A stretch of DNA of 64,000 nt from a bacterium (lineage in GTDB: Bacteria; Patescibacteriota; Minisyncoccia; Phycocordibacterales; Phycocordibacteraceae). The position numbers and the translations under genes are program-made. The notes beneath the pieces were generated by a model that was not told where the DNA came from, ran no database searches, and was given only the letters and a program-made list of their open reading frames with translations. Where the stretch lies: assembly GCA_021802705.1 (NCBI GenBank), contig JAJZRL010000001.1, forward strand, positions 84,379 to 148,378, given 5' to 3'. Below are positions 46,475-56,378 of this stretch, in pieces (position 1 is the first letter of the stretch; each line of letters begins with the position of its first letter).

Positions 46475-46922
46475 TCAGATCATTTTAGCAAAAAAGTGAC
46501 TTTATTTCAGAGAGGTTGGCCAAAGAGCAGGCCCCAAAGATTGATAAGAAATAACAAGCATTGACAAGAGGACGGACGTATTGGGTTATCCACAGCCCCT
46601 CAGACCGGGCCAGTGACAAATAATTGCGGATCCGGGATAATTACTGGCAAGTAAGCAACAGGTACCTGTCCTCCGGTTCGGAGCCGTGAGCAAGGGTGGG
46701 AAGCGCGATCGCGTTGCTGAACGCAAGAGAAAAAACAAACCAAGGTAGCCATCACACGCTCTGTGACCTACCACATTACTGGCTAATTTTCTCGTTGGCG
46801 ATCTCTACACGCTCCACCCTAGGAGCACCCTAAATTATTCGTCCTCTAATAAGGTGCGTTTAGCGTTACTTGCAGCAAGCAAGTGTGCAAAACGTACCTA
46901 CCCACAAAAGTGGTTCTTAACC

Positions 46923-48278
46923 ATGAAAAAAGAAAAAATTACAGATCTAGAAGTAGACTACGTTCCCATTACTAATCTCAAGCCCTGCGAGTACAACCCA
47001 CGCAAGTGGAGCAGTGAATCACGCAAGGGATTAACAGAAAGCATCGACGAGTTCGGCTTCGTGCAGCCGCTCGTTGTTAATGCCGCCCCAAAGCGCAAAG
47101 GCGTTGTAATTGGCGGAAACTTCAAGCTTGACATCGCCAAGAAGAAAGGCATGGCAACCGTGCCGGTCGTGTGGGTCAACATCCCCGATCTCGAGCGCGA
47201 AAAATCCTTGAATCTCAGATTAAATAAGGCGCAGGGAGAATTTGACTTCGAACTACTGGCCACCTTCGATGAGAATTTCCTCAAAGACGTAGGATTCTCT
47301 TCCGAGGAGCTCGACAATATCTTCGAGGCCGACGAGACGCCCGAGCAATTCGATCTCGTCAAAGAACTCGCCAAGCTTGATATCACCAACGTCGAGATCA
47401 AAAAGGGCGACGTGTATGAATGGCCCGACGGCTCGCGATTGGCCTGCGGCGATAGTACGGTCGCTGAAGACATGAAGTCACTCATGGGCGACGCGAAAGC
47501 AGACATGTGCTTCACGGACCCACCTTACCGACTGGATTACTTGAAAGGCAAAAAGAAAAACGGCAAACCGGTTGAGGGTTTCGGTGCCAAGCGCGACCGC
47601 AAGTACCTTGAGACCGACGTGCTACCGGAGAATTTCACTGAGCTCTGGATGGGCACTGTTGCCGCAGCCGCTAAAGATGACTTCCACATCATCGTGTACG
47701 AGAACTGGAAGAACCTTCGCGAGATTTGGGGCGAGATGGAGAAGCACTGGAAGGTCAAAAACATGCTGGTGTGGCACCTCCCGAACCGTACGCAAGGCTT
47801 TTCCGCCAAGTACAAGTTTTTCTCCAAGCATGACATCGCGATGGTAGGTTCTTCTCCTAAAGCGCGCGGTATGAATCTCAAGTCGGAAGCAGAGTTGCTC
47901 CAAAACGAATATGAAACTGCGCTGTATGCCATCCAAGGCAAACCGCACTGGGAGGGATACAAGAAGGGTCGCAAGTACCAGCCGACCGATTTCATCGAGT
48001 ATGTTGCGTCCGATGCAAAATCATCCGGGCAGGGCGTAGTGTTTGGTACTAAGCCGATCGAGATACTGATCCCGTACGTGAAAGTCCTCACCAAGCGCGG
48101 CGACCTCATCCTTGAGCCCTTCGGGGGCAGCGGCTCGAGCGGCGCTGCTGCGATCACCATGAAGCGCCGCTGCTACACCATGGAGAAGGTGCCTACGTAT
48201 GCGGAGATCATCCGTCGCCGCTGGTCGAGGTTACTGGGACAGAAGCCGAAGAAAATACATGAAAGAAAATCAGCGTAA
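46923..48278 (+). CDS. ParB-like nuclease domain fused to a DNA N6-adenine/N4-cytosine methyltransferase
   Basis: An N-terminal ParB/Srx-like domain (…PITNLKPCEYNPRKWS…FGFVQPLVVN…) is fused to a methyltransferase with a DPPY motif (CFTDPPYRLDY) and a C-terminal AdoMet motif (EPFGGSGSSGAAA). The start was moved to MKKEK at 46923. Confidence 0.8.
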   Translation: MKKEKITDLEVDYVPITNLKPCEYNPRKWSSESRKGLTESIDEFGFVQPLVVNAAPKRKGVVIGGNFKLDIAKKKGMATVPVVWVNIPDLEREKSLNLRLNKAQGEFDFELLATFDENFLKDVGFSSEELDNIFEADETPEQFDLVKELAKLDITNVEIKKGDVYEWPDGSRLACGDSTVAEDMKSLMGDAKADMCFTDPPYRLDYLKGKKKNGKPVEGFGAKRDRKYLETDVLPENFTELWMGTVAAAAKDDFHIIVYENWKNLREIWGEMEKHWKVKNMLVWHLPNRTQGFSAKYKFFSKHDIAMVGSSPKARGMNLKSEAELLQNEYETALYAIQGKPHWEGYKKGRKYQPTDFIEYVASDAKSSGQGVVFGTKPIEILIPYVKVLTKRGDLILEPFGGSGSSGAAAITMKRRCYTMEKVPTYAEIIRRRWSRLLGQKPKKIHERKSA

Positions 48279-48690
48279 AACGGTGGACGCGCGGATCGCC
48301 AAGGGCAAGCAGAAATTCTTAGAGATTCTCGAGAAAAATCCGGTGATCCATGTGGCCATCGAACGCTCCGGTATCAGCAAAGCCACCTTCTACCGCTGGC
48401 GCGATACCGATACGGAATTTGCTGAGAAAGTAGAAGCTGCCATGCGCGAGGGCAAAGGACTCGTCAGCGACATTGCCATAGCGCAGCTCGTCACCGCTAT
48501 CAAGGAGAAGAATCTCGGCGCGATTAAGTTCTGGCTCATCAATCACCACCCTGATTACGCCAACAAACTGCACGTCACGGCGGAAGTAGAAGAAAAGTTC
48601 GTATGGACGCCAGAGGACGAGGAGCGTGTGCGTAAATCGCTGGAGACCGTCGCATTAAAAGCTAAGCAAAAATTCTTCCATGGAATCTAA
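48259..48690 (+). CDS. phage terminase small subunit-like HTH protein
   Basis: An HTH segment (…GISKATFYRWRDTD…) sits immediately upstream of and overlapping the terminase large subunit. The start is taken at the internal Met, which overlaps the upstream gene by ~20 nt. Confidence 0.55.
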   Translation: MKENQRKTVDARIAKGKQKFLEILEKNPVIHVAIERSGISKATFYRWRDTDTEFAEKVEAAMREGKGLVSDIAIAQLVTAIKEKNLGAIKFWLINHHPDYANKLHVTAEVEEKFVWTPEDEERVRKSLETVALKAKQKFFHGI

Positions 48691-50206
48691 CCCTGAAATA
48701 CAAGCGATCATCGACATGATGATCAAAGATCAACCGTTCCGCAGAGCGATGGTGACGAGAGAGCCACGTCTCTTCTTCGGCACCTACCTCAGCCACTACA
48801 TCACCTGCCCCCTCGCATACTTCCACTTCGAGATGTTTGAACTGCAAAAAGACTCGCGCAACAAGACTATCGTCATCATGGGGGCGCGCAACAGCGCCAA
48901 GTCGACCATCATGAATACGAATCTTGCACTGTGGTCAATCCTCGGGGAGCCCCAAAAGAAAATGGTCGTGATACTTGGCTCCACCCAGATCAACGCAAAG
49001 AAACACTACCTGGACTTGCGTTCCGAGCTCGAACAGAACGAGCTACTGCGCTCCGACCTCGGACCTTTCAAAGAAAAGGATTCTGCCTGGGGGCCGACCC
49101 TACACTTGCCGAAGTACGGCGCTGACATCACCTTTGCATCGACCGAACAGAGCATACGCGGTTTCAAAGTGGGACCTCACCGCCCTGACCTCTTCATTGC
49201 CGACGACCTCGAAGACGATGAGTCGGTAAAGACGCTGGAAGGACGCAACAAGCTCTACGACTGGTTGACGAGGGTGGTGTTGCCCGCTGGAGACGAAAAA
49301 ACAACGCGCCTCATCGTGCTCGGGACTCTGCTACACGAAGACTCGCTCATGATGCGGTTGAAAAAAGATATTCTGAGTGGTGACAGAGAGGGTTCGTACC
49401 GCGAGTACCCGCTTCTCGACGAGTTCGGTGGCGCGATGTGGAAAGGAAAATATCCTGACGCCGCGGCTATAGAGGCACTGCGTAAGTACGTCGGCAACGA
49501 AAAAGCATTCACCCAAGAGTACCTCTTGAAGGCCGTCTCAAATAACGAGCGCGTCATCTATCCGGAATGGATTCACCGCTATACGACCTTGCCGCCGATG
49601 AATACTGACAACCGCTATCGCGGCGCGTTCATTGGGATGGATTTAGCGATAGCGCAGAACCAGCAGGCCGACAATACTGCCATGGTGGTAGGTAGAGTGT
49701 ATGGCTGGGGTGACAACATGCGCATATATATCCTACCCAATCCCGTCAACGAGCAGATGGACTTTCCGACAGCTCGCGAACGAGCGAAAGCGCTGTCTTC
49801 ATCTCTTGATGTAGGGAGGAAAGCAATGATGTTCATCGAAGGCAACGGATATCAACGTGCACTCGCTCAAGACCTTCCCGGTTATCCGGCAACTGCAATC
49901 ATCGTCCACGGTGACAAACGCGCGCGCTTAGCGCTTGAAAGCCACCGAGTGAAAGATGGCATCGTGCTGTTTCCCGACAAGGGCTGTGAGACATTGATCG
50001 CGCAACTTACCGGCTTCGGCAGCGAGCGCCATGACGATTTGGCGGACGCGTTCGGGCTCCTGGTATCAGAGGTCGCAAAGTCGAACAGTGGATACCATCC
50101 GTTTTCACCATCGCTCAACAGGCTTCCAAGACCAGAAAAGGGAGAGGACGATCCGTTTGAGAACTTAAGACCTTTCACCAGAGGATTCTTAAAAATGAAA
50201 TTCTAA
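48680..50206 (+). CDS. phage terminase large subunit
   Basis: Walker A (IMGARNSAKST) and Walker B (DLFIADDLED) are followed by an RNaseH-like nuclease domain with conserved acidic residues (…FIGMDLAIAQ…, …RHDDLADAFG…). Confidence 0.8.
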   Translation: MESNPEIQAIIDMMIKDQPFRRAMVTREPRLFFGTYLSHYITCPLAYFHFEMFELQKDSRNKTIVIMGARNSAKSTIMNTNLALWSILGEPQKKMVVILGSTQINAKKHYLDLRSELEQNELLRSDLGPFKEKDSAWGPTLHLPKYGADITFASTEQSIRGFKVGPHRPDLFIADDLEDDESVKTLEGRNKLYDWLTRVVLPAGDEKTTRLIVLGTLLHEDSLMMRLKKDILSGDREGSYREYPLLDEFGGAMWKGKYPDAAAIEALRKYVGNEKAFTQEYLLKAVSNNERVIYPEWIHRYTTLPPMNTDNRYRGAFIGMDLAIAQNQQADNTAMVVGRVYGWGDNMRIYILPNPVNEQMDFPTARERAKALSSSLDVGRKAMMFIEGNGYQRALAQDLPGYPATAIIVHGDKRARLALESHRVKDGIVLFPDKGCETLIAQLTGFGSERHDDLADAFGLLVSEVAKSNSGYHPFSPSLNRLPRPEKGEDDPFENLRPFTRGFLKMKF

Positions 50207-50415
50207 CGACGCTTCTTGCGAGGTTTGGCGAATAGACTAAGTTGATCGGGAACGAGAGGCGGCTTCTGCCGCCTCTCGACGTTCCATAGTAGCTGCAAGA
50301 GCTTTATGAGGTAGTGCCAAATCGCGTAGGCCTCTCCGAGAGAAATATTACGGCCGGTCGATTCCTTAATGATTCGCCGAAGCTCGATAGCACTCTGTTT
50401 GGAGAGAATGGCCAT
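50203..50415 (-). CDS. hypothetical small protein
   Basis: A 70-aa ORF with a basic C-terminus. No family was recognised. Confidence 0.35.
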   Translation of the reverse strand: MAILSKQSAIELRRIIKESTGRNISLGEAYAIWHYLIKLLQLLWNVERRQKPPLVPDQLSLFAKPRKKRR

Positions 50416-50466
50416 GAGGCCATTCCAGCTTAGATCTGGAGGTTTGCGAAGCGAGTTGTCTACTGG

Positions 50467-51060
50467 CTATTTGGCGAGTGCTTGAATATCAGCACGAGCC
50501 TTTGCAAAGTCGTCGGATACCTTCTGTTCGTCAGCACGTAGCTTGGTAGTGGAGATTTCTTTTATCTGCCAACTAACTGCATCGCCAGCCCAGAGGCAGA
50601 TATCACTTGCTGCATCATTAATGTCCGCATTCCAGTTGCCGAGGGCATCGGGCGAGGTGTCAGGGTATAAACTATCAGCTTGTTGGTAAGCGCTGATTGC
50701 GTTAGCTCCCGGATCATTCTTGAGGCACGTATTTGTGCGAAACGAACCAAACTGGCTTGCAGCTGAATTTGGATCGTTGAACGCCTTGAGGCCTGCGTTT
50801 GCATCTGCATACTGCATTGTGCCAAGAGCAGTCTTCCCGGCACCTAATAGCGATACGTAGTGATCAATACTTGCTGAAAGAATCGCGACAATCTTTTGCG
50901 TATCTGGAGCAGATGATGTTGCCACTGCTACAGGATTTTGTGTTGGTGCACTTTCCTGTGCCTGCTTAGTAGGCTGTGGCGTGTTGAGACCAATGATAAG
51001 CAGTAAAACAAAACCGAGAACAACTACCCCGATAATGGAGTAGAGAACTTTTTTGAACAT
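50467..51060 (-). CDS. hypothetical secreted or anchored protein
   Basis: A signal-anchor (MFKKVLYSIIGVVVLGFVLLLIIGL) is followed by a low-complexity linker. No family was recognised. Confidence 0.5.
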   Translation of the reverse strand: MFKKVLYSIIGVVVLGFVLLLIIGLNTPQPTKQAQESAPTQNPVAVATSSAPDTQKIVAILSASIDHYVSLLGAGKTALGTMQYADANAGLKAFNDPNSAASQFGSFRTNTCLKNDPGANAISAYQQADSLYPDTSPDALGNWNADINDAASDICLWAGDAVSWQIKEISTTKLRADEQKVSDDFAKARADIQALAK

Positions 51061-51379
51061 AAAATCTACTAGGATTTATGTGGCAGAACCTCCTGAGAAA
51101 ATCAAAAGGCTCCCAGCCATCGCGATAGCGCCTTTCGGCAACTACCCATACCCGTTTCCAGATATGACCTAGTAGAGTGACTCTGACTGGGAGTCCTTTG
51201 ATCTCTACTAGGTTTTGCGGCCATACCTTAGGAATTTGACTTCCTAAGGGTTAGGTCGGCTTATATTAGGTTGTGCAAGTACATGATAGCAGAAAACGCT
51301 ATCATCTGACCACCTTAGCTTAGCTTTGGGGGCTTGCGAAGCGGTTACCAACAGGTTGGGCAAATACAATTACTATCAT

Positions 51380-52783
51380 TTATACACAGCAGCTGAGCTT
51401 AGAAATATCTTTAGTAAACGAAAGTGCGGCGATCTTAATAGCTTCCGACAGCGACGGGAATATAGGGAGCGAGCTGGTGACATCGTCAATTGTATTTTTA
51501 TTTCGTATCAATATCGCGGCCTGAGCGATCAGTTCGACAGCATTCGGCGCGAGAATGTGCACGCCCATGATCTGTTTGGTTTTCGGATGAATGGCCATTT
51601 TGATGAGTCCGTCAGTCTGGCGCAGGATGATTGCTTTTGGCACATCAGCTAATGAGACGGTGCGACACGCGCAGACGCCCATCGCTTTCATCTGCCCCTC
51701 TTCGGTATAGCCAACGCTTGCGAGCTGTGGATCAGTGAAGATCGCGTACGGCACAGTGTTGTAATCGATAGAAAGCTGCGTGCCTTTGAGAGCATTTTCC
51801 GCTGCGAGCGTGCCTTCGTGTCCGGCAGTCGGCTCTAACCGCAGTGGTGCGCTCGTGATATCTCCCACCGCAAAGATATGGGACTGCGATGTGGCAAAAA
51901 ATTGATCAACAACGATTGCTTTCTTGCCATCTATCTCCACCCCCACTTTCTCAAGCCCTAATCCTTGTGTGTTTGGCGTTTTGCCAGTCGCCAGCAGTAT
52001 TTCATCGCCTGAGACTTCTTCCTGTTTGCCGCCTGAAGTGTACGTGACGTATTTCTTGTCTGCGTCTTTTCGAGCAGCGAGAACATCTACATCGGTCTTA
52101 ATGATAATTCCTTGCTTCTCGAGAATCTGGCGCAGGCGGTCGGTCAGTTCTTTCTCCGCAGGTGGAAAGATAGACGAGCCGCGCTGGAGTATTGTCACCT
52201 TCGTGCCAAATCGGGAAAATAGCTGCGCGAATTCAAGACCAAGAGGTCCTGCGCCCACAACAATCAACTCTTTCGGTTGGCGTTCCAACTTCAGCGCCTC
52301 TATGTGGGTGATAAACCCGACTTCGCGGATATTTTCAATGGGAGGGACAGTCGTGGTTGAACCTGCCGCGATAATAAATTTCTTCGCGGTGAGTCGCTTT
52401 CCGTTAACCTCTACCTCATTGGAGGATACAAACGCCGCCTTGCCGTCGATGAGAGACACATGCTCAAGACCTGTGAGAACCTTCTCGTACTTCTCATTGC
52501 GGAGCCTCTCAACGAGAGCGAGCTCGTCTTGCACGACTTTCGTAAAATTGAAGTTTTTTACTTCCAACTCAATACCGGGGATGCCGTGATGCTTTGAATA
52601 ATGCAAGATTTCACCCGCATGGATGAGCGTCTTTGAAGGAACACACCCGACGTTTACGCAGGTACCACCAAGAGGAAGTCCGCTATTTATCATCGCAGTC
52701 TTCGCACCTAGCTCGTCGGCACGAATCGCCGCCGCAAACGCTCCTGCACCACCACCAATAACAATTAGATCGTATGTTTCCAT
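51380..52783 (-). CDS. merA: mercuric reductase (no N-terminal HMA domain)
   Basis: FAD-binding GGGAGAFA, the redox-active disulfide GGTCVNVGCVPSK, a dimerisation domain and the MerA-diagnostic C-terminal vicinal Cys pair (…KLSCCV) are present. Confidence 0.8.
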   Translation of the reverse strand: METYDLIVIGGGAGAFAAAIRADELGAKTAMINSGLPLGGTCVNVGCVPSKTLIHAGEILHYSKHHGIPGIELEVKNFNFTKVVQDELALVERLRNEKYEKVLTGLEHVSLIDGKAAFVSSNEVEVNGKRLTAKKFIIAAGSTTTVPPIENIREVGFITHIEALKLERQPKELIVVGAGPLGLEFAQLFSRFGTKVTILQRGSSIFPPAEKELTDRLRQILEKQGIIIKTDVDVLAARKDADKKYVTYTSGGKQEEVSGDEILLATGKTPNTQGLGLEKVGVEIDGKKAIVVDQFFATSQSHIFAVGDITSAPLRLEPTAGHEGTLAAENALKGTQLSIDYNTVPYAIFTDPQLASVGYTEEGQMKAMGVCACRTVSLADVPKAIILRQTDGLIKMAIHPKTKQIMGVHILAPNAVELIAQAAILIRNKNTIDDVTSSLPIFPSLSEAIKIAALSFTKDISKLSCCV

Positions 52784-52788
52784 GTAGG

Positions 52789-53193
52789 TTATTTTATATC
52801 TTCAGACTTCACTGCACAGTCTTCGCAGTATTTTTGATAGCGCCGTCTAATCAGGTAGTCGGCTCCGACTGCAATTATCAGCAGTGCTGCGCCTGCATAG
52901 CCGATATTCTGGCTATGTGCTACGTAGCTGCCGTAGTAGAGAACGATCCCCGCGAGCACGGCAAGCACAAGTGCAACGGGGTTCTTATGCGCTCTGAATG
53001 AGAGAACAAATCCAATGAGGCTAATGACAACGAGCACGAGTAAGAAAGGGGTGAGCCATGTGCCCAAGAACACCAAGATGGAGCTCAAGCCGACCGTGAT
53101 GAGTAGTGGTGCGAGGATGCACGGCAGACAGACTAGCGCGAGAAATCCCGCTAAGAGACCAGTGGATTGTAATTTATTTGCATGCTTGTTCAT
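52789..53193 (-). CDS. putative mercuric/heavy-metal ion transporter (MerT/MerF-like, 3 TM)
   Basis: The first TM helix carries a Cys pair (LALVCLPCILAPL). The C-terminal cytoplasmic tail carries CEDC. The gene is adjacent to merA. Confidence 0.45.
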   Translation of the reverse strand: MNKHANKLQSTGLLAGFLALVCLPCILAPLLITVGLSSILVFLGTWLTPFLLVLVVISLIGFVLSFRAHKNPVALVLAVLAGIVLYYGSYVAHSQNIGYAGAALLIIAVGADYLIRRRYQKYCEDCAVKSEDIK

Positions 53194-53726
53194 ATGATTT
53201 CATCCAGTTCGTCCTTGTATTGCTGGTAATTGAGTGCTCCTTGATTGATGTCCGCGATGTTTCCGTTTTTATCTATGATATACGTGATTTCCGGAGCTGT
53301 GAGATTGTATGCTTGCACCACCGATTGATCGTAGCTCACGAGCGGAAAATCGGCTTTGATATAGTCGCGATACTGCTGCAACGTGCTTACCGGCTCGCCG
53401 TTGAGTATGTCAATCGCCACGACGCTAACACCTTTTGCCGCATAGTCCTTTTGGATCTGATTGAGCGCCTGACCGACTGGTATGCACTCGCCACATCCAC
53501 CGAACATTGCGAACAAAATGATAGGTTTGCCTTTATGATTGGCGAGGGAGAATTGTTTACCGTCTATGGTTTGGACACTAAAATCCGGTGCTTGTTCACC
53601 AACGGCGAGAAAAGTTGTTGAGGCGGAACCACCAGCCGAAGTCTTCGGTGTTTGCGAGATTACATAGATCCCAAATGCGATAACGACAGCGGCTCCTATG
53701 ATGATGTATGGTGTCGATGCTTTCAT
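53190..53726 (-). CDS. TlpA/redoxin-family thiol:disulfide oxidoreductase (membrane-anchored)
   Basis: A signal-anchor is followed by a thioredoxin fold with a CxxC motif (FGGCGECIPV). Confidence 0.65.
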   Translation of the reverse strand: MKASTPYIIIGAAVVIAFGIYVISQTPKTSAGGSASTTFLAVGEQAPDFSVQTIDGKQFSLANHKGKPIILFAMFGGCGECIPVGQALNQIQKDYAAKGVSVVAIDILNGEPVSTLQQYRDYIKADFPLVSYDQSVVQAYNLTAPEITYIIDKNGNIADINQGALNYQQYKDELDEII

Positions 53727-54040
53727 AACGCGAATAGTCCTCCCAACTCTTTACTGAACCCCTTTTTATTAAGTGAGTAGAAAACAGTTTGTGCTTCCTT
53801 TCTCGTTTTGACCAAATTAACTGCGCGGAGCTTGCTGAGACTGTGGGACACGTTTGATATCGTTGTTCCCACCAACTCGGCAATATCGGACACGCTTAAC
53901 TCCGAATGGTGGCGGAGAAGATAGCAGATCTTGAGCTTCGTGATATCGCCCATAACGCCGCACTGTCGAGCACATAGTTCAATGGCCTCATTGTCCCGCA
54001 GCTCCTTCTTTATTTGTTGCTTACTTGAACGCATATTCAA
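53723..54040 (-). CDS. ArsR/SmtB-family metalloregulatory transcription factor
   Basis: A wHTH domain (…LKICYLLRHHSELSVSDIAELVGTTISNVSHSLSKLRAVNLV…) is present. The gene is placed between the cop and mer genes. Confidence 0.75.
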   Translation of the reverse strand: MNMRSSKQQIKKELRDNEAIELCARQCGVMGDITKLKICYLLRHHSELSVSDIAELVGTTISNVSHSLSKLRAVNLVKTRKEAQTVFYSLNKKGFSKELGGLFAL

Positions 54041-54128
54041 ATATTACTCTTGGTGAGTGGTTATTGCAAATGAAATTATCAACACCAAGAGGTTGGGATA
54101 AGTGCCAAGGGATCTCGACGAATGACCC

Positions 54129-56351
54129 TTACCTTCTCTTCAAGAGTAAAGAGTTAGTGACCACGGAAATTGAACTAGTCGCCATCGCAACCGACGCGAA
54201 GATCGGATTTAACAGAATATGGAAGAATGGATACAAAGCGCCCATCGCAACAGGAATTAGGATGATGTTATAACCGAATGCCCAGACTAGGTTCATTTTG
54301 ATCGTGCGCATTGTTTTCTTGGAAAGTGCGATAGCTGTGGCAACGGATTTCAAGTCCTTATTTATAAGCGTGATGTCAGCTGCCTCGATAGCTACGTCGG
54401 TACCGGTTCCCATGGCAATGCCGACGTCTGAAGCGGCGAGTGCGGGCGCGTCGTTGATACCATCACCGACCATCGCAACTTTTTTACCTTCCGCCTGAAT
54501 TTTACGCACCTCTGCTTCCTTTTGATCTGGTAAGACTTCAGCAAACACGCGGCTGATGCCTAACTGCTTGGCAATGGCATTTGCAGTTCGTTCGTTGTCT
54601 CCAGTGATCATAGCCACTTCGATACCGAGCTTTTGTAGTTCGGCAAGGCCTGCTTTCGCACTTTCTTTGATGGTATCTGCAACGGCGATAAGTCCGATGA
54701 GTTGTTTTGAAGTGCCGAGCATCATCACCGTCTTGCCCTCGCTTTCCATTGTTGCAATCTGATTCCCGACTGCCTTAATGTCTACACCTTCACGATCCAT
54801 CAGACGTCTGTTACCAAAGATTATTTTCTGCCCGTCGACAACACCCTCGACACCATGCCCAACTATAGCTTGAAACTTCTCAATCCTTGATAGGCTGAGA
54901 TTCTTTACTTCAGAAGCCTTCACGATTGCTTCGGCGAGTGAATGTTCTGAGCCCTTTTCTATCGAGGCCGCGATTTTGAGTACCTCATCCTTTGAGTAAC
55001 TGCCGAAAGGAATAATGTCTGTGACCTCGGGTTTTCCATTCGTGAGCGTGCCTGTCTTATCAAAGATAATCGTGTTGATTTTGTGTGCTGTTTCCAAACT
55101 TTCTGCGTCCTTGATAAGTATGCCGTGCTCCGCTCCTTTCCCTGTGCCAACCATTATTGCGGTCGGTGTCGCAAGTCCCATTGCGCAGGGGCACGCAATT
55201 ATGAGAACGGCGACGGTATTCAAGAGTGCAAACGTGAGTACCGGAGTTGGGCCGAAAACATACCAAACAACGAACGTGCCTACGGCAAGCATTATCACTA
55301 TCGGTACAAAATATGACGACACTAAGTCTGCTAATCGTTGTATCGGTGCTTTGCTGCCTTGCGCCTCCTGCACGAGCTTGATGATTTGTGCGAGCATTGT
55401 TTCTTGTCCTACCTTTGTCGCCTTGAAAGTAAACGAACCGGTTTTGTTCATCGTCGCGCCAACAACGGTATCTCCCTTTGTTTTATCGGCAGGGATGCTT
55501 TCGCCAGTAACCATTGATTCGTCAATTGAAGATTCACCTTCGACAATAACTCCGTCTACTGGAATTTTCTCACCTGGTCGTACTCTGATGACGTCGCCTA
55601 TCACGACCTCGCTGATTGATATATCTGTCTCTTTGCCGCCGCGAATGACGCATGCGGTTTTCGCTTGCATCCCGATGAGTTTCTTAATAGCTTCCGATGT
55701 ACCCGCCTTTGCTCTCGCCTCAAAATAACGACCTAAAAGAATGAGACCAATGATGATCGCTGATGTATCGAAGTATGGCATCGGACTGATGCCGATACTC
55801 GCTACCAATTGTGGAAACAAGGTCACGAATGTCGAATATCCGTATGCAACTGACGTACCCAAGGCAACAAGCGTGTCCATATTTGCAGTGCGGTGCCGAA
55901 GTGCAGAAATAGCCGCGCGGTAAAATCCATATCCTGCCCAGAACTGTACCGGAGTCGCGAGCAACAACTGCAACCAGAAATTTTGCAAGCTCGTTGGAGC
56001 CGTTTGCATGAGCACCGGAAAACTGCCCCATAGAATCAGGCCACCCAAAACAAGACTGAGAATGACTTTAATTTTTAAGTCTTTAAGTTCCTTTTGTTTT
56101 TCAGCTTGCTCGTCTGCTTCATGTATCATTTCGTCACTGATCGAGGCTTCGTAACCGACATTAGAAACTGCCGATGAGAGGTGCTGATGGGTGACTTTCT
56201 GAGGGTCGTAAGTAACGGTAGCTTTTTCAGTAGCCAGGTTTACGGTAGCTTGTGCAACTCCATCAACTTTTTTAAGCGACCGCTCCAAAATTGTCACACA
56301 TGAGGCGCAGTGCATTCCCTTGATTGAGAAACTCTTTTTGATTTGCGGCAT
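54129..56351 (-). CDS. copA: copper-translocating P1B-type ATPase
   Basis: N-terminal HMA (GMHCASCV), a TM CPC motif ([13 protein letters not shown]), DKTGTLT, the HP motif and GDGINDAP are all present. Confidence 0.9.
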   Translation of the reverse strand: MPQIKKSFSIKGMHCASCVTILERSLKKVDGVAQATVNLATEKATVTYDPQKVTHQHLSSAVSNVGYEASISDEMIHEADEQAEKQKELKDLKIKVILSLVLGGLILWGSFPVLMQTAPTSLQNFWLQLLLATPVQFWAGYGFYRAAISALRHRTANMDTLVALGTSVAYGYSTFVTLFPQLVASIGISPMPYFDTSAIIIGLILLGRYFEARAKAGTSEAIKKLIGMQAKTACVIRGGKETDISISEVVIGDVIRVRPGEKIPVDGVIVEGESSIDESMVTGESIPADKTKGDTVVGATMNKTGSFTFKATKVGQETMLAQIIKLVQEAQGSKAPIQRLADLVSSYFVPIVIMLAVGTFVVWYVFGPTPVLTFALLNTVAVLIIACPCAMGLATPTAIMVGTGKGAEHGILIKDAESLETAHKINTIIFDKTGTLTNGKPEVTDIIPFGSYSKDEVLKIAASIEKGSEHSLAEAIVKASEVKNLSLSRIEKFQAIVGHGVEGVVDGQKIIFGNRRLMDREGVDIKAVGNQIATMESEGKTVMMLGTSKQLIGLIAVADTIKESAKAGLAELQKLGIEVAMITGDNERTANAIAKQLGISRVFAEVLPDQKEAEVRKIQAEGKKVAMVGDGINDAPALAASDVGIAMGTGTDVAIEAADITLINKDLKSVATAIALSKKTMRTIKMNLVWAFGYNIILIPVAMGALYPFFHILLNPIFASVAMATSSISVVTNSLLLKRR

Positions 56352-56378
56352 AATTTTTTCTTAAAATTATCTATTTGC

